From: Octopus vulgaris
Taxonomy: Eukaryota
Direction: 5' to 3'
Length of the DNA: 64,000 bases
Assembly (NCBI GenBank): GCA_951406725.2
Contig: OX597819.1
Span: 111,042,001 to 111,106,000, forward strand
Below, piece by piece: positions 41,182 to 54,007 of the stretch (position 1 is its first letter; every line of letters starts with the position of its first letter). Under the pieces are notes generated by a model that searched no databases, was not told where the DNA came from, and saw only the letters and a program-made list of their open reading frames with translations. The position numbers were made by a program, and so were the translations under genes.

Positions 41182-41503
41182 CATATATATATGTATGTAT
41201 GTATATATGTAATAATTATCTATTTTTATGTGTATAAATATTTGTATATATGTTCAGTTTGTATCTCATATATTAACTGTGCATTAAAAATGTAAAAGTA
41301 AATATTTTGAAGCCTTCATCTACATTTGTTTGCATTTAACGTTTTTATAATGCGTACATATGTGTATATATATAAATTTATACATTCATAAGTTATATTA
41401 TACTATATATGTGTGTGTGTGCCTATGTATACATGTATATAATGAGGTTTTCTATGGAATATAACTTAAAATTTTAGCCATGTCACCGTCTGAAATATGT
41501 ATG

Positions 41504-41534
<31 letters not shown>

Positions 41535-41895
41535 ACACTAACATACACACACACGCACACACACACACAACACACATATATATATACACACACGTATATA
41601 TACAAATGAGAATATGCATACATACATACTCACACAGACAAAAGCATATTGATATATTTATGTACTATATATATTATATTTATATATTTTTCTGTTTTTC
41701 TCTCAATATTTTCTTTCAATACGTGCATGTATATATGAATGTACGGAGGTAAAAGTGTAATATCAAGGTCTCGTTCTTTCGTCGTCATTTTATTATTAAT
41801 ATATATATATATATATATATTTCTAATATCTTTATTGTATCCATCTATCCATTTTTCGATATATATATATGTATATATATATGTATACATACATA

Positions 41896-41953
<58 letters not shown>

Positions 41954-42332
41954 CTAGCAGTATCACCCGGCGTTGCTCAGGTTTGTAAGGGAAATAACTA
42001 TAAAGCATTTTTAGAGAGTTATAGCCAAAAAATAGCAAAAAAAATGGAAAAATATGATGGTAAATTTTTTTTTGAGAGTTAAAAAAGGATGCGTCCCCTA
42101 GACAGTTTGTGGTTCGTGTTTCTGATTTTCGACCCCATGTCGAATTTATCGATTTTTTTCAGAATTGGGGAACTTTTCAAAATTTTGGCTGCGTTAGTTT
42201 TGAATTATGACATTGGGCTATGTGTGTGTCAAGTTTCATCAGAATCGGTTGAAAGCCGTGGTCAGGGTGAGGGTACAAGCAAACAGACACACAGAAACAC
42301 GCACAGACAAACTGCCGTTTATATATAGAGAG

Positions 42333-42333
<1 letters not shown>
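41954..42333 (-). mobile_element. Non-autonomous Helitron (subfamily 2)
   Basis: Same termini and body as 29358-29728; inserted in (TA)n. Confidence 0.8.
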
Positions 42334-42381
<48 letters not shown>

Positions 42382-42435
42382 CATATATATATATATAAAT
42401 ATAAATATATATGTCCATATATATATATATATATG

Positions 42436-42485
<50 letters not shown>

Positions 42486-43020
42486 TGCGTATGTTTGTGT
42501 GCGTGTATATATATACATATGCACAAATATGTATAGATATATATGTGTATAGGCATAAGTATTTACACATATTACATGCATGCATAGACATGCTTCTTTC
42601 AATCTTAATATCTATGTTTGAAAGAAAAAAGTATGAAGCTTATATATGGAATTTATATATATATACATCTACATCTCTTTATAATCCGTGTGAAATATAC
42701 AAAGTATAATTCACTACATGTGTTTGCATCCAGATACATATATCTTCGGATATATTTTTGGACGAGTATTTTCCCTGCTTGGCCCCAGGTGAGACCTTTT
42801 AAAGGAGACCTTTGGTCAAAGCTACGTCGGCCTTTGCCTAGCCATTTGTGAGTATATTAGGGACTGCATGATGGGATATGTTCTTCCACTTTATTCCTCG
42901 CTATATTATGATACATAATGTCTATCTGCTACATCTAGCTACTCGTGAGATTGCATAAATGTGTGACTGTATTTCTAAATATATGACAATATTTGTATAT
43001 CTATATGCATTCTTGTATGG

Positions 43021-43080
<60 letters not shown>

Positions 43081-43758
43081 ATGTAAGTATATATGCATGT
43101 ATATATCTATATAACATACGTATATATGTATCTCTGTGTGTGTGTGTACACATATGTATAGTCATATATGTAAATTAGATATAATAAGTTTTGATAAATG
43201 CATATATATATATATATATATATATGTGCATATGTATATATGTATGTACGTATGTATGTATGTATGTATGTATGTATGTATGTATGTATGTATGTATGCA
43301 TGCATGCATGTATGTATGTATGTATGTATGTATGTATGTATGTATGTATGTATGTATGTATGCATGCATGTAGGTATGTATGTATGAATGTATGTATGGA
43401 TAGATCTATGTATATATATGTTTGTATACATATTTACATACATATGTATATACTATCTTTAACACAGTTATTCTAACAGAAATAAGCGAATAGGGTCATA
43501 TATTTTTCAAAATAAAAATCGGTGAACCTTGTTTGACATATTTAGATACTTTGCACGTACATATATATATGTATGTATGTATCTATATGTTTACGTATAT
43601 ATATATATATCTACATATATATGCATATTTTTATTTATATATTTTTATTTATATATATATACATGCATATATACATATATCCATACATACACACTTGCAT
43701 ACAGATATACAGATATACATATCTCTCGATATATTTGTGTATGTATATGTGTGTGTAC

Positions 43759-43797
<39 letters not shown>

Positions 43798-43827
43798 CAT
43801 ATATGAATATATATATGTAAAAATGTA

Positions 43828-43866
<39 letters not shown>

Positions 43867-44394
43867 GTATGTATGTATATATGTATGTTGTATGTATGTA
43901 TGTATGTATATCAATCCTATTCATGTTTTTCTGCATAGTTATGTCCATATTAACACGTCTGGATTTATTTTACTGTTACTTTTTACCCCAAGGCCCTCGT
44001 ACTCGACAAAAACTTTTGAGTTCATTTCTTTATTTCATAGATTATGATTTCTAAAACAGACCAAGTCCTACGCATTTAGAGAATGAATGAACTGTTCGAT
44101 AAAATGTACTCCTGCTCATGAGTGGTACCCTATTTTATTGTGCCTCAAAAATGAAACTGAAAATTGACATTGGTAAAAATTGAATTCAGAATGAAAACAC
44201 CGTAGGGTTCTTGCAGTATGACAAGTAAACGAGTGTCACCTTAGTCTGGTTGCTGTGAACAGCAGACACTTTCCATCATACGCAGAAAAATAAATTGAGA
44301 ATTTCATCAAATAATAATAATAATAATAACAACAATAATAATAATAATAGAGCTATAGCAAATATCTTGTCAGTTGTTTGACCATAACCTGTTA

Positions 44395-44778
44395 CGCATG
44401 TCCCTTAGTAGCTGACGATATGTGCATCTCTGATCATGAGGAGAAGTAGTGGGGAAGCATCATAGCCGTGTGTTGAAAGGAATTCTTGGAGATTTGGATA
44501 AATTCACCTTTGGAAACATGGGTGGTTGGTTCAACATCCTTAAACAACTCTTATTGAAGGACTGTTTGAGCGGGATGTACTACTCGACCTGAAGAGAATT
44601 CTAACTGAGCCCTACCTGCAAGGTCATGCGCTGTTCATCTTGATATGAGATCACCATGTCACGCACATATGGTTGTGATGCATATACCCTTTATCAACCG
44701 GGTAGTCATGATGAGTATGCTGGGCGTCGTATATTTTACCCAAGTGCCACTTTGATGGCATGCACTGCTCTCTCGCTC
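44395..44778 (+). mobile_element. 3' end of a non-LTR retroelement, longest copy, followed by (AAT)n
   Basis: Ends TTGATGGCATGCACTGCTCTCTCGCTC+(AAT)n. The same 3' end with shorter 5' extents occurs at 32172-32310, 39828-39911 and 45436-45526. Confidence 0.7.
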
Positions 44779-44802
44779 AGTAATAACAATAATAATAATA
44801 AC

Positions 44803-44863
<61 letters not shown>

Positions 44864-44865
44864 TG

Positions 44866-44985
44866 GCTTACGGCCATATCACGTTGAAAGCACCGGTTCT
44901 CGTCCGATCACCGAAGTTGAGCAACGTCCAGCCTAGTTAGTAATTAGATGGGTGACCGCTTGGGAAACCTAGGTGCAGTAAGCAT
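44866..44985 (+). pseudogene. 5S rRNA-derived sequence (diverged single copy; probable pseudogene or SINE head)
   Basis: 120 nt GCTTACGGCCATATCACGTTGAAAGCACCGGTTCTCGTCCGATCACCGAAGTTGAGCAACGT...GATGGGTGACCGCTTGGGAAACCTAGGTGCAGTAAGCAT. Terminal helix GCTTAC/GTAAGC, helix II ACGTTG/CAACGT, box A and box C recognisable, TTTT at 44990-44993. Several substitutions against typical mollusc 5S; not in a tandem array. Confidence 0.9.
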
Positions 44986-45074
44986 TCCCTTTTAAAATGG
45001 CGGTGCCCCAGGATGGTCACGGCTCGTGAGCTGAAACTAGATAAAGAAGAAAGATAAAGAATAGTAATAATAAT

Positions 45075-45290
45075 GATTTCAAATTTTGGCACATGGCTAG
45101 CTATTTCGTGGTGTGGGGGATAAGTAGTTTCATCGACCCCCAGTGTTCAACTGCTATCTAATTTATTGACCTCTCAAAGGATGAAGGGCAAAGTTGACCT
45201 CGGCGAGATTTGAGCACAGAACGTAAAGACGGATGAAATGCCTCTAAGTATTCTGCCCGGCGTGCTCACGATTCTGCCAGTTCGCCGCCT
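45075..45290 (-). mobile_element. SINE family B
   Basis: TTTCAAATTTTGGCACA..GGATGAAGGGCAAAGTTGACCTCGGC..CGATTCTGCCAGTTCGCCGCC. Confidence 0.8.
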
Positions 45291-45329
45291 TAACTAATAA
45301 TAACAATAATCCTTTCAGCTCTATATTTA

Positions 45330-45395
45330 TGGCGTAGTGGTTAAGAGCGCGGGGTACTAACCCCAAGATTTCGAGTTCGATTCCAGACAGTGACC
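45330..45395 (+). mobile_element. tRNA-derived pol III head (5' acceptor strand missing) of a composite SINE-like element
   Basis: A box TGGCGTAGTGG, anticodon arm GGG-GTACTAA-CCC, B box GAGTTCGATTCC, 3' acceptor-like CAGTGACC with no complementary 5' strand upstream. Not a functional tRNA gene. Confidence 0.75.
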
Positions 45396-45435
45396 TGAAT
45401 AATAATAATAATAATAATAATAACAATAATAATAA

Positions 45436-45526
45436 CCTTTATCAGACGGGTAGTCATGATGGGTATATTGGGCTTCGTATATTTTACCCCAGTGTCACTT
45501 TGATGGCATGAACTGCTCTCTCACTC
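45436..45526 (+). mobile_element. 5'-truncated copy of the same retroelement 3' end, nested in (AAT)n
   Basis: Flanked on both sides by (AAT)n; ends CTGCTCTCTCACTC(AAT)n. Confidence 0.75.
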
Positions 45527-45557
45527 AATAATAATAATAATAACAATAATAATAATG

Positions 45558-45600
<43 letters not shown>

Positions 45601-45657
45601 CAACAACATCGAAAAAATACCTTTGGAATGAGAACCTAGGTTCGAAATTTCATTAAG

Positions 45658-45701
45658 ACACCCGAGGAATGCTGGAGGGTATATCAGCCGAAACATTGTG
45701 T
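45658..45701 (+). ncRNA. Minimal type I hammerhead ribozyme-like fold (degenerate core)
   Basis: Stem I ACAC/GTGT; core CCGAGGA (CUGANGA with U4C); stem II GCTG/CAGC around GAGGGTATAT; GAAA at 45690-45693; very short stem III (A-CA-T) followed by T. Confidence 0.55.
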
Positions 45702-45751
45702 GAACAACAAACAAGATGAGGATCTGTCAAATGTAAATAAAGTAAATAATA

Positions 45752-46325
45752 CTTTCTTCTAAAGGCACAAGGCTTGAAATTTGGTGGGAGGGTACTAGTC
45801 AATTACATCGTCCCAAGTGTTTTACTTAACTAATCGACCCCGAAAGGATGAAAGGCAAAGTCGACCTCGGCGGAATTTGAAATCAGAACGTAGCGGCAGA
45901 CGAAATACCTGTTTCTATACTACCCACAAGGGGCTAAATACAGAGGGGACAAACAAGGACAGACAAACGGATTATGTCGATTATATCGACCCCAGTGCGT
46001 AACTGGTACCTATTTAATCGACCCCGAAAGGATGAAAGGCAAAGTCGACCTCGGCGGAATTTGAAATCAGAACGTAGCGGCAGACGAAATACCTGTTTCT
46101 ATACTACCCACAAGGGGCTAAATACAGAGGGGACAAACAAGGACAGACAAACGGATTATGTCGATTATATCGACCCCAGTGCGTAACTGGTACCTATTTA
46201 ATCGACCCCGAAAGGATGACAGGCAAAGTCGACCTCGACGGAATTTGAACTCAGAACGTAACGGCAGACGAAATATCGCTAAGCATTTCGCCCGGCGTGC
46301 TAACATTTCTGCCAGCTCACCGCCT
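45752..46325 (-). mobile_element. SINE family B containing two identical tandem 184-bp units
   Basis: TAATCGACCCCGAAAGGATGA at 45831, 46015 and 46199; head ends GCCAGCTCACCGCC at ~46325. Confidence 0.85.
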
Positions 46326-46615
46326 TAATGGCAACCATCACCACTGCCACCACTATTAGCACAACGACAAAAGCAACAACAATAATAATAATGGTTTCAA
46401 ATTTTGACAGTTATTTCGGGGTCGGGGTTAAAGTGAATTATATCAGTGCTGTACTAGTACTTATTTAGTCGACCCCGACCTCCGAACGGATGAAAGGTAA
46501 AGCTGATCGCGGTGGAATTTCAACTTGTATTGTTAAAGACGGATGAAATGCCGTTAAGCTCGGCGATGAAATGCCCGGCGTTTTAAACAATTTTTAGCAA
46601 CAATATTGATAATGT

Positions 46616-46662
<47 letters not shown>

Positions 46663-47168
46663 GTGATGGTGATGGTGATGATGATGATGATGGTGATGGT
46701 GATGATGATGAATATGATGGTGATGATGATGGTGATGATGATGATGATGATGACGAAGAAGACGGTGATGATGATGATGATAATAATGATGATGGTAGTG
46801 GTGAATTTGAACTCAGCAGGTAAAGACGGACGAAATACCACTAAGCATTTTGTCCGGCGAGCTAACGATTCTGCCAGCTCGCCGCCAGTTCTGTAATAAT
46901 TGAATAACATCAACAACACAAGTCAATGTTCTTATGAAATGAAGAAGAAAATATATTTAGGGAGTGTTTTAGAAGATTCACAAGATCCGGAAGGAAATAC
47001 AGTCACGGCATTTTGGAGTGGTAAGGAGTGTGCTTCCCAGTCACATCGTTTCTGATTCAGCCCCACTGCGTGGCCTCTTGGGCAAGTGTCTTCTTCTATA
47101 GCCTTGGGCCGACCAATGCCTTGTAAGTGGATTTAGTAAAGGGGAAAAAAGACCGTCGTGTGTGAGTG

Positions 47169-47199
<31 letters not shown>

Positions 47200-47250
47200 C
47201 TGTCTATATATCTATGTATATATATATATATATATATGTTTATATGTATG

Positions 47251-47314
<64 letters not shown>

Positions 47315-47389
47315 TGTATATATATATATATATATACACGCACACACACACACGCACACTTACATACACGCATATACGCACAAATATAT

Positions 47390-47590
47390 TTAACCCCTTG
47401 TGGGCAATAAAGAACTAAGAAACTTCAGCACCAGGCTTAGTGGTACTTCGTGCGTCTTTACGTTCTTAGTTCAAACTCCGCCGAGGTCGACTTTGCCATT
47501 CATTCTTTCGAGGTCGACACATTTAGTACCTGTTGCTTACTGATCCCCTCCCCCAGAATTTCGGGCCTCGTGCCTAGAGTAGAAAAGAAT
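47390..47590 (+). mobile_element. SINE family B fragment
   Basis: AGTTCAAACTCCGCCGAGGTCGACTTTGCC..GGCCTCGTGCCTAGAGTAGAAAAGAAT. Confidence 0.7.
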
Positions 47591-47663
47591 ATGTCCTTTC
47601 TTCGTACAAGTCACCACGGTCTAATTAGAGAAAGGTTTGGTTGCTACTTACTGTATTCATAAG

Positions 47664-47950
47664 GGCGCGTGGCTTAGAGATTAGAGCGTTTGGCTTACGA
47701 TATTACGGCCGTGAGTTCAATATCTGGTGGTACATTGTGTTCTTGAGCAAGACATTTTATTTTTAGGTTGTTCCAGTCCATTCTACTATATATCAAAGGG
47801 CTGGCCTCGTCACATTCTGCGTCACTCTAAATCTCCCTGGGAACGACGTTAAGATTACTAGGGTCTATTCAGAGCTCAGCCAATTGCACGTTAATTTCAA
47901 GAGCAGGCTGTTCCGTGATCGATCAACTGGAACCCTCATCATTCTAATCG
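47664..47950 (+). mobile_element. SINE family C
   Basis: GGCGCGTGGCTTAG..GTGAGTTCAAT head; body homologous to 5478-5797. Confidence 0.7.
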
Positions 47951-48051
47951 TGCTCAGAGTAAGGGTCATTAGCTTGAGGTAAACATACCCGTTGGGTGTA
48001 TGGGAACCAAAGGTTACGGATAAACAATATTTCATAAGTATTGTTTTCAAT

Positions 48052-48468
48052 CACTCTACTCTTTACACTTTACTCTTTTACTTGTTTCAGTCATTTGACT
48101 GCGGCCATGCTGGAGCACCGCCTTTAGTCGAGCAAATCGACCCCGGGACTTATTCTTTGTAAGCCCAGTACTTATTCTATCGGTCTCTTTTTGCCGAACC
48201 ACTAAGTGACGGGGACGTAAACACATCAGTTGTCAAGCAATGCTAGGGGGACAAACACAGACACACAAACATATACACACACACTTATATATATATACAT
48301 ATATACGACAGGCTTCTTTCAGTTTCCGTCTACCAAATCCACTCACAAGGCATTGGTCGGCCCGGGGCTATAGCAGAAGACATTTGCCCAAGATGCCACG
48401 CAGTGGGACTGAACCCGGAACCATGTGGTTGGTTAGCAAGCTACTTACCACACAGCCACTCCTGCGCC
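48052..48468 (-). mobile_element. SINE family A, full length, young
   Basis: Near-consensus copy, highly similar to 57226-57596. Confidence 0.9.
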
Positions 48469-48850
48469 AATGTATATATTTTGTTAATATTTAGCAGAAG
48501 AAACAGAGTGACTCAAGGTCCGACAGTTTCGTGAGTTGGCACTTATATATATATGGTATGTATATATATATGGTGTGTGTATGCGTATATATATGTATGT
48601 AAATATGTATGTATGCATGCATGCATGTATGTATGTATGTATGTATGTATGTATGTATGTATGTGTGTATGTATGCATGTATGTATGTATGTATGTAGAT
48701 GTGTATATCTTGAACAGCTCTTGACAAACTATGGGGTGAAACAAAATATGTATTTTACTGGATTCATTGTAATATATATATATATATATATCCCTATATA
48801 AATATATATATGCATAGTTATACACACACACAAACACACACACATACACT

Positions 48851-48915
<65 letters not shown>

Positions 48916-48995
48916 ACATGTATAAATATGTATATATATATATATATACATATTTATACATGTATACATACATATACGCACAAATACATATATAT

Positions 48996-49087
<92 letters not shown>

Positions 49088-49266
49088 TTCATGTTGTTCC
49101 GCGTTAATATCATTTTTCATTAATTAGAAATAAAAGTACTTCCGTTTTGGCTGTAAAATGAAAAGCATTTGTCGTTGCTCATATTATTGTTGGTGTTATT
49201 GTTTTTTCCACCTATATTTCATATTTTACCGCTAGAAGTTAAATTTACTTCGCATTATTTGTGTGC

Positions 49267-49303
<37 letters not shown>

Positions 49304-50199
49304 TGAGTAAGTATAAATATAAATATATATATATACATACATATATATATATAAACATACATTTGCATGTATATATATATATAGATATACATATAGATCG
49401 GTACATTCTCATATACGTATTTGATAAACACACGCGAGGATTTGTACTCAATACAGACGAATATTTAATATGGACGATCGTCATATTTGATGTCAGATGT
49501 TCGCATACGACGAAAAACCCAAAAGTCTTGTTTCGTCAGACTTTAAGGAGTAAATGACAAACATACTTGCATGCATACATACATACATATATTTATATAA
49601 ATATATATACATATAAATATATACACACGTGAATCCGTGGAAGTGTGCTCCTATCTCTGCATGTGGTAGTGTGGGCCTATCTCAGTGCCTTGTTATGTGA
49701 GCATCTGCGTCCTTTGTTAACATAGTACGTGCGTAAGGAGATATTCTGTAATACAGACGAGTGTGGGCGTGTGTTTATACACGTCTTAATACACGCAGGT
49801 TACTCTGTATGAATGCTTGCCTGCATGCGGCTCTGTGTGTGTGAGTGTGTGTGTGTAATTGTATATATACATTTATGTAAGTGTATATGTATGCATGGAT
49901 GTATGGATAAACATGTATAGTTATATGCAAGAAGGTATAGATATTTATGTATGAATATATATATATATATATAGTTATAAATATATAGTTATAAATGTAT
50001 GCATATATATTTATTTAAATATATATATTTATATATACACAAATATGTATGTGTGTATGTATGTATGTATGTATTATGTATCTATCTAAGTATATATATA
50101 TATATATATATATATATTTACACAGGCACACACATGCACACGCATACACACACTGGCCTATACATCATACATACACGCACACACACACATATATACATA

Positions 50200-50268
<69 letters not shown>

Positions 50269-50282
50269 ATGCATGTATGTAA

Positions 50283-50346
<64 letters not shown>

Positions 50347-50952
50347 TAGTTGGGTGTACGTAATATTCCTTTGCGAGTGTCGGATAAAATTGCCCTGCAG
50401 TATTTAGTCGGCTCTCTATCCGTACCAAGGTCAACGTTGCCTTTCATTCTTGTTCCGAGAATGATTGAAAACTAAAAAAATAGAAATAAATAGACTGCAC
50501 AAGGCGGGTGTATAGACGGAAATTTTAGATGATTCCCCCGCCACACGATACCCCAACTTATCTGTCTGCTCTGGTTATCTGCCTTCTGATGACAGCGTAT
50601 GTGCTGACACCGGTGTTGAAGTGCGCCTTATTAATTGCTTTTATATCAAATAACATGGGTAAAAATGAAGAGGGATGATTTGCTCGAATTATAAGATCAG
50701 TACTGTGCCTAAAATGCGTTTCCTATTTATCACGAGAGATTCGTACACCTCTGGGGTTTGATATTCGAATGGGGGTGTGTTGGATGACGGTTGGAATGTC
50801 TTTGTAATCGATAATAGCGATCCGATACCTGTTTAAGTCAGATACGTAATTTATCGATAAATATTTTATTGATTGATAAAGTTACCATTGTGAAACAACA
50901 TAGTTTCTTTGTAACCGGTGGTGTTGGGTCACAAACAAAAATATATATGTTG

Positions 50953-51018
<66 letters not shown>

Positions 51019-51182
51019 ATGCATATGTATACAACTATGCATACATGTATATAGATATATGAACAAACACACACACATATGTATATATGCATATATATTG
51101 TATATACGTATATGAAAATACATATATGTGCATGGATATATATATATATACGCATGCATATTATGTTATGTCATAATATGCA

Positions 51183-51220
<38 letters not shown>

Positions 51221-51309
51221 GTTATCTATCTATATACATACATAAATATATACATATACATACAACATAACATAATATATAATATACATACATACATACA
51301 TACATACAT

Positions 51310-51369
<60 letters not shown>

Positions 51370-51414
51370 GTCAATAACCCTCACACGGTCACACCTAGGC
51401 TGTCAAATGGATGG

Positions 51415-51670
51415 AAGGTTCTCTCCGTGCCACAGGCTGATAAGGCCGGTTTACCGGATTTTTGACCCGTATACACTCCACTCCTAGATGGCAGGTTAGT
51501 CAGTCTGTAGTAGAATTATTCATTTTTGCCAGTGGAGTGGATTGAAGCAACGTGAGATGAAGTGTTTTGACCCGAGAACCTAAGAACATACTGCGTCGCC
51601 CGACCAGGAATTGAAACCGCAATCTTACAATCATGCGTGCAACGCTCTAGCCATAAAACCACGTAATTCC
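51415..51670 (-). mobile_element. SINE with family C-type head and a different 3' body
   Basis: Minus strand CGTGGTTTTATGGCTAGAGCG..GGTTTCAATTCCTGG..AAAACACTTCATCTCACGTTGC..CTGGCAAAAATG, then an unrelated tail also seen at ~62105-62170. Confidence 0.55.
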
Positions 51671-51692
51671 CTATATATTTACTAAAATGGAG

Positions 51693-52130
51693 TGCGCAGA
51701 CGTGACTGTGTGGTAAGAAGCTTGCTTCGAAGCCACAATTCCTGGTTCAGTCCCACGGCGTTGCCCTTTTGATAGGTGTCTTCTACTACAGCCTCGGGTC
51801 GACCAAAGCCCTGTAAGTGGTATTGGTATACGGAAACTGAAAGGAGCCCGTCATATATATATATATGTGTGTGTGTGTTTGTGTGTGTGTGTGTTTGTGT
51901 TTGTCTTTGTGTGTGTATGTGTGCATACACACAATACTGCTTGACAACCGGTGTTGGTGCGTTTACGTCCCCATAACTTAGCGGTTCGGCAGAGACCCTG
52001 ATAGGATAAGTACCAGGTTTAGCAAGACATAAGTACTGCAGTCGATTCATTCGAGTAGAAAATCCTCAAGGCGGAGCCCCAGCATGGCCGCAGTCACATG
52101 ACCGAAACAAGTCAAAGATAAAACAAAAGA
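51693..52130 (+). mobile_element. SINE family A, full length
   Basis: Head GCGCAGACGTGACTGTGTGGTAAG, internal (TA)(TG) tract, CCAGCATGGCCGCAGTCACATGACCGAAACAAG tail. Confidence 0.85.
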
Positions 52131-52202
52131 CGTGTGTGTGTGTGTTTGTGTGCGTATATACATACAAACACATACATACACACACACAACACACACACAC
52201 AC

Positions 52203-52258
<56 letters not shown>

Positions 52259-52937
52259 AATGTCGGTATTTTGCCTGTGTGACATGACGTCGTTGTTCGG
52301 ATACTGTGTATATTTGAGTATGCGCTAATGGAATATGAATGACCTAACGGCCATATGTGTGTCCCCTATTTTATCAATGGAATTGTCAGCGTTACTACTT
52401 AAATTTACAACTCTGCTACATCTCTTCTCTCAAGATTCCACATCGGAATATGCCACTGTCTCTCACAGCGTGTCCGTACACACAAATATATATAAACAAA
52501 TCATCAGTGTAGGTCGTTCGCCAAAACCTGAACGCGCACATGTCTTCTTCAACGAGAGAGAGTCCATCATATATATATATACACATACATATGTGTTTTA
52601 TGTGTTTGTATGTGTGTGAGTATGTGTGTGCATGTTTGCGTGCATGTGTCCTTAAGGTTTTATAAAAGTATTTGCCGACATCAGTATCCATCTTCGGTAT
52701 ATAATATTAAAAGTATTCAAACGTAATAACACTTACGCATATGATACTGGCCAAATGGCCCTTATTTCTTTTTATTTGCATGAGATTTGTGGGTATTCTC
52801 TCAAAGGAGTCCACTTGATATAAAATAAAGATTAATTTCCGTAAGCTACACTATTTTTATATTTGGTTTCTAACAGAAAACCCGTCCATAATCACCTGTT
52901 TCAGTAACCAAACCGGGTTAAAATTTACGGATGGTGG

Positions 52938-53127
<190 letters not shown>

Positions 53128-53247
53128 GTGTGTGTGTGGTGGGGTATGTATATATATGTATATATATATATATATATATATTTATGTATACTGGTATATG
53201 TATATATATTTCTATACATATGCATGCATATACAATAAATATGTATT

Positions 53248-53307
<60 letters not shown>

Positions 53308-53461
53308 ATATATATATATATACATACATGTATGATATGTATATACATATACAGTTGTACATATGCATATATATAGGTATATTTGCGCGTCTGTGTATAA
53401 ATCTATCTACTTGTCTCTGTGCGTGTGTGTGTGTGTATACATAACACACACGCACACACAC

Positions 53462-53512
<51 letters not shown>

Positions 53513-54007
53513 CACAAACACACGCGTTCGCAAATTTCTTCATGAATCAGACGGTGGAAACTGATTTCAAAATGTCTGTACTTACAGAGCTAGCTTGCTT
53601 TCGTCGTTGTGAAATATAAAAGAGAAAAAGAAAAAGAAATGTTATAATCTACTTAAATATATTGAATGATCTTTCAATCACTGTTTGTTTTATATATAAG
53701 TACCTATAAAAAGAAGCATTGTATACCTATATATCTATATATCAACATGTATATCTATCTATCTATTTGTTATATATATATATATATAAGAAATAATTAA
53801 GATCAGTTGAATTAGGTACTTAAGTTGAGGTACCACGTCAGTCTGGTATTGTTCGGTAATATTTTCACCTATATACATATACATATGTACACATAGATGT
53901 ATATATATATATATATACGCATATGTGCGTTTGTGAGTGAGTGTGTGAGTTCGCGCATACTCATACACGCGCGCGCGCGCATACACACACACGTATACAT
54001 GCACACA

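Noticed and set aside
44866-44985. Functional 5S rDNA unit
   Set aside because: Single copy with a mismatch in helix I and substitutions in the internal control region, no upstream spacer (directly preceded by (AAT)n), and followed by a retroposon tail.
45330-45395. Functional tRNA gene
   Set aside because: No 5' acceptor strand, irregular anticodon arm, no terminator; it sits among repeats, so it is a SINE-type head.
50582-50621. Hammerhead-like CTGATGA-CAGC..GCT-GACA-CCGG-TG
   Set aside because: GAAA is GACA, position 17 is G and stem I does not pair; too degenerate to call.
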